Source of the DNA: Bugula neritina
Taxonomy: Eukaryota > Animalia > Bryozoa
DNA length: 64,000 bases
NCBI GenBank assembly: GCA_964035545.1
Contig: OZ037765.1
Location: 31,805,504 to 31,869,503, forward strand
Direction: 5' to 3'
The position numbers and the translations under genes were made by a program. The notes under the pieces were generated by a model. The model searched no databases. It was given only the letters and a program-made list of their open reading frames with translations, and was not told the DNA's origin. Shown here piece after piece: positions 38,813-64,000 of this stretch. Every line of letters starts with the position of its first letter. Position 1 is the stretch's first letter.

Positions 38813-41432
38813 ATAAAAACAAAAACAATTTTTAATATTACCACCACCTTGATAGTTTATGAAGTGATTGCATTAATTTAGTTTTGCGTATACTTTATAT
38901 TTTAATTTCAAATATGCTTCATTTTGATAAGACTTAAATCTTTTGGAAATAGCTAACTGCAACTTGAAATAATAATAGTCATTTGGCTATAAAATGCCTA
39001 AAAGGAGTAAACATTTCAAACGTATGACCTGATTATGACCAGTATTTATGAACAAAATTTATTCAGTAAGCCATAGAAATTCATCTTCCTTAAAGTACAA
39101 TAGCTCTTTTGTATATTTTCAAAATTATCGCTGGCACTGTATATTAGAGATGTGAAAACATACAGCATTATAACTTTTTAGATAACTATGCTAAGTAGGC
39201 TCATACTTGCCGACATTGAAATTCTTTCTCCTTTTTATATGCTTTGATGGTTTCTATACCCTGAACAGTCATCGCAATATGACCAAACACTGGAGACTTT
39301 GTAACATTCTCTAACCTAAAAGGTTTATTTGATAATAATTCAATTTAAATATGAATCTAAAAGGAAACACTTTGAGGAAGTAAAAACTTTTATTAATTTG
39401 CTTAACTAAATGATTTTAAGCTACAGTTTAAATCAAACTACCAGCACATTCAATTTATCAATTCAACCATGTGTGGGCTAACTTTTGAACAGAGTGTAAT
39501 TTGAGTAGATAATTATTGTTGAACAAGCTTTAGCAAAATAAAAACATCTAGCAAAACTTATATCTAGGTAGCTTTGCTCAGACCCACCTTTTGATAACAG
39601 GATTATTTTATTTATTAATTTTGTTATAGTTATGTATTTAATTTGAAAATGAAGCTGAAATTAAAACGAATAACAGATGAGACAAATGACCAACAGGATA
39701 AGAGAACATAAGAAAAAAGCTAAAAACAAAATTGAAATTATGAGAAAGCAAGTTTTATTATTATATATATTTTTTATGAACTTTAAGAGGATTTTTGAAT
39801 TTAAGCCATCCTTTAAAGACAACTGAAGGCCTCGGATATATTTTGGCAGAATTAAATCTATCTTTGTATAACATACTTTTTTGCTATATAAATCTCTTTT
39901 CCACAAAACACAAACAGCAGATACAAAAGCTCCCAATTTTGATATTATTATATCTGCTTGATTTTGGCAGCTTCATTCATTTGATTTAAAACTAGTTATT
40001 CAATGTACACCTTCCAATAAAGCAATTGACTAACATTTGATAATTGCAGCCGCAGTAGAGTCACACCAAGGAATTTCATACAGATCTACTCTCTCTAGTC
40101 TAGTTTCGTAGGCTTTATATAGAAATTCATCCAATAACCAGCTACTGGTTGAATAGCTGAATAGACCTGCATACTGAAGAGGTATCTTCTTTGAGTCCCT
40201 GGTGATAAAATTAACAATAAATAGAACTTTAAAAAGCATGTTGGCATCTAATAAACTCTAAAAATAGAAACACATTCTAGTCCTAATCTCTAAGAACTAT
40301 TTCATTACAACCAAAAATCCGACTGGAAAAACATTTTATGCCTAAAAGAATATAAGAATCGTTTAAGGAATTTTAAACCGACCATTTCAGCTTCATATAG
40401 TCTATTGACTTTTATATATTATATATTTCTAAATAAGTGTATTCATTTGAGATCATGTTGTTAGCCCAAAGATCCTTTACATTATAATATGATTTAATTT
40501 TATTTTACTTATGTTCCTATATAGTATGAGTAACTGTAGACATCAAACTTTGTTCCAATCCATGAACTACGAAACTAATTTATTTTTTCTCACCCAAGCT
40601 GTTGCAAATGGTAGACATAGTAAATTTTTAAATAGGTTTATAATATGAATTGGATTGTTTCTTACTTTGGTCTTCTTCTAAAAGGTATGAGATGTCTCCA
40701 TCCTTTATACTCTTTATCCTTCTCTGTAGGAACATATTATTCTTCTGAGTTTAGAAATGTGTTTGGTTCTTCCTCAGAATCTGATGACTCATAGGTTTCT
40801 GTGTAGAACTTCATGACTCAACACTCAACCACCTCAGTGCTACAGTACACTACAATACTATATTATAGTTAATGTACTTATAATAACTTGAGATAAAATA
40901 ATTAAATTTATTCTGTTTAGCCTTCAGATTTTGATGATTTTAGTTACTTCTAGATCCCATGTATATCAGTTGTAGTACCAAAACAACCAGTTAATTAGAC
41001 AGTAATAGTCAGTTGTAATGTAAAATGCGAAGTAGCTACCATACACTGCCATAAATGAATATATTAGGATTTTAAGGCTATTAAAAATATTTTGAAATTA
41101 GTTTAAAAGAAACTAAAAATTATCTCTTTAAGTATTCTAATGCACAGCTTAGTGATTGCTTTTTAATCAATGAATGTCTAATTTTACCTTAGCTTAGTTT
41201 TAGTAACACTTGTTTGTCATACAAATTGCTACTAACTAGTATGGCCGATGAAGTTGCCTGTCCGCTTTGTTAATAGATGAACCGTTGGCATGTTGAAGAT
41301 GATTCATCATTAACACTAATCTTTTTGTGGCACGTGGTTCACTGGGTTTCTTTGGCACATTTTAATAGGTAACAAATGTAATAGAATATAAACTATATTC
41401 AAACCTAGCAAACCTTTGAATTAGGTAATCTA

Positions 41433-41574
41433 TTATAAGCAGGTTCAAGAAAGGGTAAATGAGTGCAAAAGTTTCAGATTCCCATGTTTAGAGTTAGGTC
41501 CCTCAACTTCAACTTTAAACTTGGGAACCCAAATTACGGCACTTATTCACCCCCCAACTCGGAGCTGCTTATAA
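41433..41574. repeat. Foldback / MITE-like 142 bp imperfect palindrome
   Basis: TTATAAGCAG..GAGTGC..TTCCCATGTTTAGAGTT pairs with AACTTTAAACTTGGGAA..GCACTT..CTGCTTATAA. Confidence 0.7.
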
Positions 41575-42616
41575 CACAATTCTAAGACTTTGCTTTTAAT
41601 GCGGAGATTTGGTATATTCTCCATTATTGCTACTGCTACATCTTTTTAAAGTTACGTGAACAGTATTTAAGTTAAGTTGCTAAACGTACCAATTTCTACA
41701 CATGTTGGTACATGCTCAATAATACATTTGTGAGCTACATCAGTTATATGCTGGCTTGTATTTTAAGTAATAGAGATATCTATTCTTCTCTTTCATTAAC
41801 ACTTAACCAGGTTGATAAAAATAAGAATAAAAAGGTTGCTCAAATGCTTAAGAATTGTATTACAGTCATATGATCTTTCAAACTCTACTGCCTAATGTAG
41901 CTATTATCAAGTTCCTTTTTCAATGACCGAAATTTTTTCCTCGTATATCTGTTAAATGCCGGACATAGAACATAATTTGGTGTTTACTCTCACAGATTGG
42001 TATCAGACACAACTGATGTTACTTCTATGAAATGGTAGAATCCTTGAAAAGCATAAATCAAAATATATTGAATAAGCACTTCAAAAGAATTAATCATGCA
42101 TGTATAAGCCCAGTTAACTTTTGAACTACCATACCCTACATATTACCAGTGTGAGTATCACAATTAATTATATATGTTCATCTGTCACTAAAGTACTATA
42201 TAGTATCATACAGTGTGACAGGAGTCATAGGTGCGCCTGGCATGTCTAGAAAATAAGCTTGTGTATTCTTAGATCATACACTTCGTTGATTTTAGAGGTG
42301 AAAACATTAGCTAACATTTAGGAGTTGAATTGCAGGCAATAAGAAGGTAAGTTAGTTAAAAAGATTGATTTAGTTAAACCCGTAGCAAGTACTAATAAAC
42401 ATTTATCAATGACCATTAGGAGTAGTATAGATGTGGGATTTATATATTTAAAACTTTTTTTATATATTGTTATACAACAAATGAGGTACTCAATACACTA
42501 TAACATTCCCATGCTTAGAATTTGTGATGGCGATTGCATTAAGCTATGGTTGTTTTATTCATTACTGCTGTCTCCATGCATTGAATGAAAAATATATTGT
42601 GCTAGTTTCCATATTT

Positions 42617-42813
42617 GAAAGCAGCTGCAGTCTGTAAGGGTTTTAGAGCACTGGCTTTGTAAACATGAGGTCAGTTGTTAAAGGGTGCCTAAAGTTATCC
42701 CTACACATACGGAATCCGAAAGCACCCTAAATCTTAGTGAAGGTATTGGTGATGTTAGGAAGGGCATTCAGTCCTTAGCCAGCTTAAGAAAACTTTTTCC
42801 ATCAGGGGTTCTT
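42617..42813 (+). mobile_element. Degenerate Thr SINE copy carrying a 45 bp insertion
   Basis: Head, core GATGTTAGGAAGGGCATTCAGTC and part of the tail TTTTCCATCAGGGGTT. Confidence 0.65.
42683..42727. mobile_element. 45 bp micro-MITE
   Basis: TIR GGGTGCCT / AAGCACCC, TAAA on both sides (42679-42682, 42728-42731); absent from the other SINE copies. Confidence 0.55.
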
Positions 42814-42900
42814 CCACTTGCCACCTGTAGTTGCCAGTTGCCACCTATAGTTGCCAGTTGTCACCTGTTTTTGCCAGTTGCCACCTGTTGTTGCCACTTG
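42814..42900. repeat. GTTGCCA-based minisatellite
   Basis: Repeated ttgccacct / gttgccagttg units. Confidence 0.85.
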
Positions 42901-43112
42901 TTTTTTTAATGCTAAGAAAATTGCTTAAAGCATTGAAACTTGAGTTAATGACAAATTCTCTAGCAACCTATAATTGAGGTCTAATATCTATTGTGGTAAT
43001 TCATAGTTAATTGAGAATTTTAGAAAATTAAGTTCTGTAGAAGTCATTTAAAATCAATTACCTAAAGTCCTTAGGAATTGAATAACATATTCGTGTAATA
43101 CAGCTGTAAGTC

Positions 43113-57173
<14,061 letters not shown>

Positions 57174-57869
57174 AAACACGCTGCTAGCTGTGAAGACATA
57201 ATGTTAGACCTTTTGACAACCTACTGCATTGCAGCAGTGCATCGCTAACCAGAAATACTATCGAAAAAGCACGTCGAAGACAATTTGCTCTAAATTATGC
57301 TTTTAAGTTGCATAGTTTGCTATAATTTTTTTAATTTTTATAATAAGCAGAATAAAGATGAAAGGTGTTATATATAAAGCGCCTTTTTAATAAAATGTGA
57401 ATCAGTTATACTATACTTAAATACCAGCTAGCAACTATCTTATGTGTAAAAATTAAGTAAAATAACAATTTATTTCTATTATTAACTAAATATAAATTTA
57501 AAATTATTGAGCAACTGTTATGTCTTCAAAACTGAGCAATAAATGTATACCGTATAGTACCTAACTTTTATAGTAGCAATGCTGGGTGTATTTCACCTGG
57601 ATGTTTATAAGTTTGTAGATTAGCAGCACACACAGCTTCAACTCCAGAACTCTGATACAATGAGCTGCAACTAACACTATTGTGATTAATCATTGATTAT
57701 TAAATTACTATACATGTAAGTTTCAGTCATTACTATAAGTTTGTTCCAAGTTATTGCACAAAACCAACAAATACAAGAAAATGCAAATAATATCAAATAT
57801 TAGTATATCAGTTAAATTTTGCTCTAGCTATGTGTCATATAAACTATGCTAAACTGATTACCTGTTAGG

Positions 57870-58110
57870 TAGACAGAGATTAGCCTTAGTTCTTGCAGAT
57901 AATATGTTGCCAATGTCTCTAATCCGCAAGGAAGGATGCTGAGAACACAGGCTTCACAAACTTTGGTTTTGATGCGGATCTTTGTATACTTCCATGGTAT
58001 ATGTGTGCGTAGATGTTTGTAGACTAATTCCATATAAGTATTGAGTGTAACTTCACTGCCAAATAATTGAGAAATTACTGCTGTCAAGTATGGGAGGTTG
58101 ACTTTCACAA
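57870..58110 (-). mobile_element. RTE-clade LINE reverse-transcriptase relic
   Basis: ORF 57824-58108 contains IKTKVCEACVLSILPCGLETLATYYLQELRL, resembling the RTE motif TKxxVYxACVLSxLLYGxETWxxYxxQExxL. Confidence 0.7.
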
Positions 58111-59384
58111 TTGACCATCTTAGTGGGTAAGCTATACATACAGCTGAAGGAAAAATACTATATAGGTAGAAATACTTAGTAGGAAAAAGTAAACTTTTAC
58201 TTCTATAACTGTAACTCCCTGACTAAGCCTGCTACCTCTGTGCTTCTACATTCTAAAGTAGCTTTCAAATAGCAATTTAAGTCTAACTGTAAAAATGGGC
58301 TACATTATTAGACATGTCACATTCAAGGCCCCAAAATAGCACAGCTGCATGAAAGCTAAAGTGCACCAAACGCAAAGAAACTGAGGCATGCTTTTATATA
58401 CATTTAGTGTAAACATTTATCATTATTTATAAGCAAAACATGGCATAAGAAGAAAGTTAAAAATATATAACAGGGTTTGCACAAAAAAGTAAAATTATCC
58501 CATCAGCAGACAGAAGATGATATAAGTGGAAGTTGTTTGCACATTTATAGGTGAAGAATAAAAGAATATAATTCTATTATAATAGTAAGCTTTGAATGGA
58601 ATACAATTTAGATGAATTGCTTAAAAATCTAAAACAACATGACAATTAGCAAAAAATAGAAGCTGGCCATTATCTTCAGCCTAGACTCAATTATGAATAG
58701 ATAAACTCATTAAATTAAACTGGCCTATAAATTGAGCGAAAAAAGCACCAAATATATTTTTGATAAAATTGCTGTCAAATTTTAGCTAAAAATCTAATAA
58801 ACCAAAGCTATTTTCTAAAGAATATTTAATTTTTTTAGAATCACTCTAGAAATTCATACCTTTTTTATCAATTTTGAAATGTAACAAAATAACACAGTGA
58901 ACTTTTTCAGACCCATTGCATTTTTGTAATAATTACAACATTTTTATACATAAAAAAGGCAATTGCAGTGACAAATGGCAATATGCTATAACATATTTTA
59001 TAAAATTGAAATTAAAATACTTGTAATGACCTCAAGTGATTGTTAATAACTTGTATTATACTTTCTTTTAGTTACGTCACTTTGATCATGAAAACGCTTT
59101 TAGCGAAAAAGGTTTATTGCTTATTGTTATAATATCACATATTACTGCTTATATATACAATAGCTGTCTATGGTATTGTGCTCATGTGATAAAGCTTTAA
59201 AAGCTGTACAGAGTTTAGCAATATTCTTTACCTATATAGCTACTAGCATTAAGGGGGTGTAATGTATCAACCCAATCAGAGAACAAATGGGCTAAGGCAC
59301 TTTCTGGCTTGGTGAAGAGTCAGGGACCACCTCAACACTTGTACCTTGTAAAGGGTGTAACTATACAGATATTAATCAATTTAA

Positions 59385-59553
59385 GCTCACAATAGTTTAT
59401 AGTCACCATCCCTGTGAGAAACCCCTGACAGCAAAGTTAGATAAAGCAAGCTTAAAACTTATCCGTGTAGGGCACAGAAGCAATTCTGACTTAATTCTCT
59501 TCCTTTACTGGAATTTGAATCTATGACTTCGTGTTTACTAAGCCATTGCTACC
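59385..59553 (-). mobile_element. Thr SINE, degenerate copy
   Basis: Reverse complement of the tail (AGTTTATAGTCACCATCCCTGTGAGAAACCCCTG) and part of the head. Confidence 0.75.
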
Positions 59554-59753
59554 TTTTATCAATTATTCTAAACATTCATTTAAAAACAGCTGTGATAATA
59601 ACAACAGTTATTAGTCATAGAAAACTAAATTTTCAAGAGTGCTTTACATTTTATGATAGCAGCTTAAAAATAGCACATTATTTTCAAAATAATTTTCATA
59701 CAACTTCTTTTTGGTCAACAGTGTACTGCTGCAATGGCAGTTCTTAAGAAAAT

Positions 59754-63664
<3,911 letters not shown>

Positions 63665-64000
63665 CTGTGGTTGACCAAAACAAATAAATAAATAATAATT
63701 TTAACAATAGAAGCTTCTGATCATAGAAATGTTTGTGCAGCCTTATAATGCAAAAACATTTTAATTGCGTTTTACATGCTTAGAGTTCCAATAGATATAT
63801 TTGTCATAAGAGATAGCACAATAGGTTTTGTTAATGAGTCAGTTTACTTCATTTAGTACGCACCAGCAACTTATGACCTAACACTAAAGTTTGCTCAAAA
63901 TCAATTGAAATTTACTATACATGGTATTTTTATGTGCTGGTTTTAACTACGCATAACAGAAAAGACTGGGAGGGGATTCCCCAACATTAAAGCACAGGTC

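Noticed and set aside
42814-42900. CRISPR-like repeat array
   Set aside because: Short degenerate tandem units with no unique spacers, in eukaryotic intronic context.
59255-59360. 90 bp block between GGGTGTAA direct repeats as a retro-insertion
   Set aside because: Only an 8 bp repeat and no second copy in the window; insufficient support.

Overview
AT-rich, intron-containing eukaryotic DNA, probably from an invertebrate animal; the species cannot be named from the sequence. The window is almost entirely a tandem/inverted cluster of five paralogous short-type ABCC (MRP5/ABCC5-like, no TMD0) transporter loci sharing one 29-exon structure: A (+, exons 9-29 only, 4048-13527), B (-, complete, about 1404 aa, 32646-15434), C (-, pseudogene with an ~11 kb internal deletion, 40814-35250), D (+, complete, about 1365 aa, 43113-57173) and E (-, exons 20-29, runs off the right edge). 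The most striking pattern is a constant/variable architecture. Nucleotide-binding-domain exons and one N-terminal block are nearly or fully identical at DNA level across copies, whereas transmembrane exons, including positions equivalent to known MRP1 substrate-pocket residues, and most introns are strongly diverged. This is consistent with exon-limited gene conversion alongside diversification of the cargo pocket. Upstream of A lies a decayed Kolobok-like DNA transposon carrying a P2X7-ballast-like Cys-rich pseudogene. Introns and spacers hold a tRNA-Thr-derived SINE family (8 copies), tRNA-Ala-like repeats, LINE relics, a solo LTR, several MITE/foldback elements and long microsatellites. All exon boundaries were read by eye from GT/AG sites, frame and paralog comparison; no database search was run.
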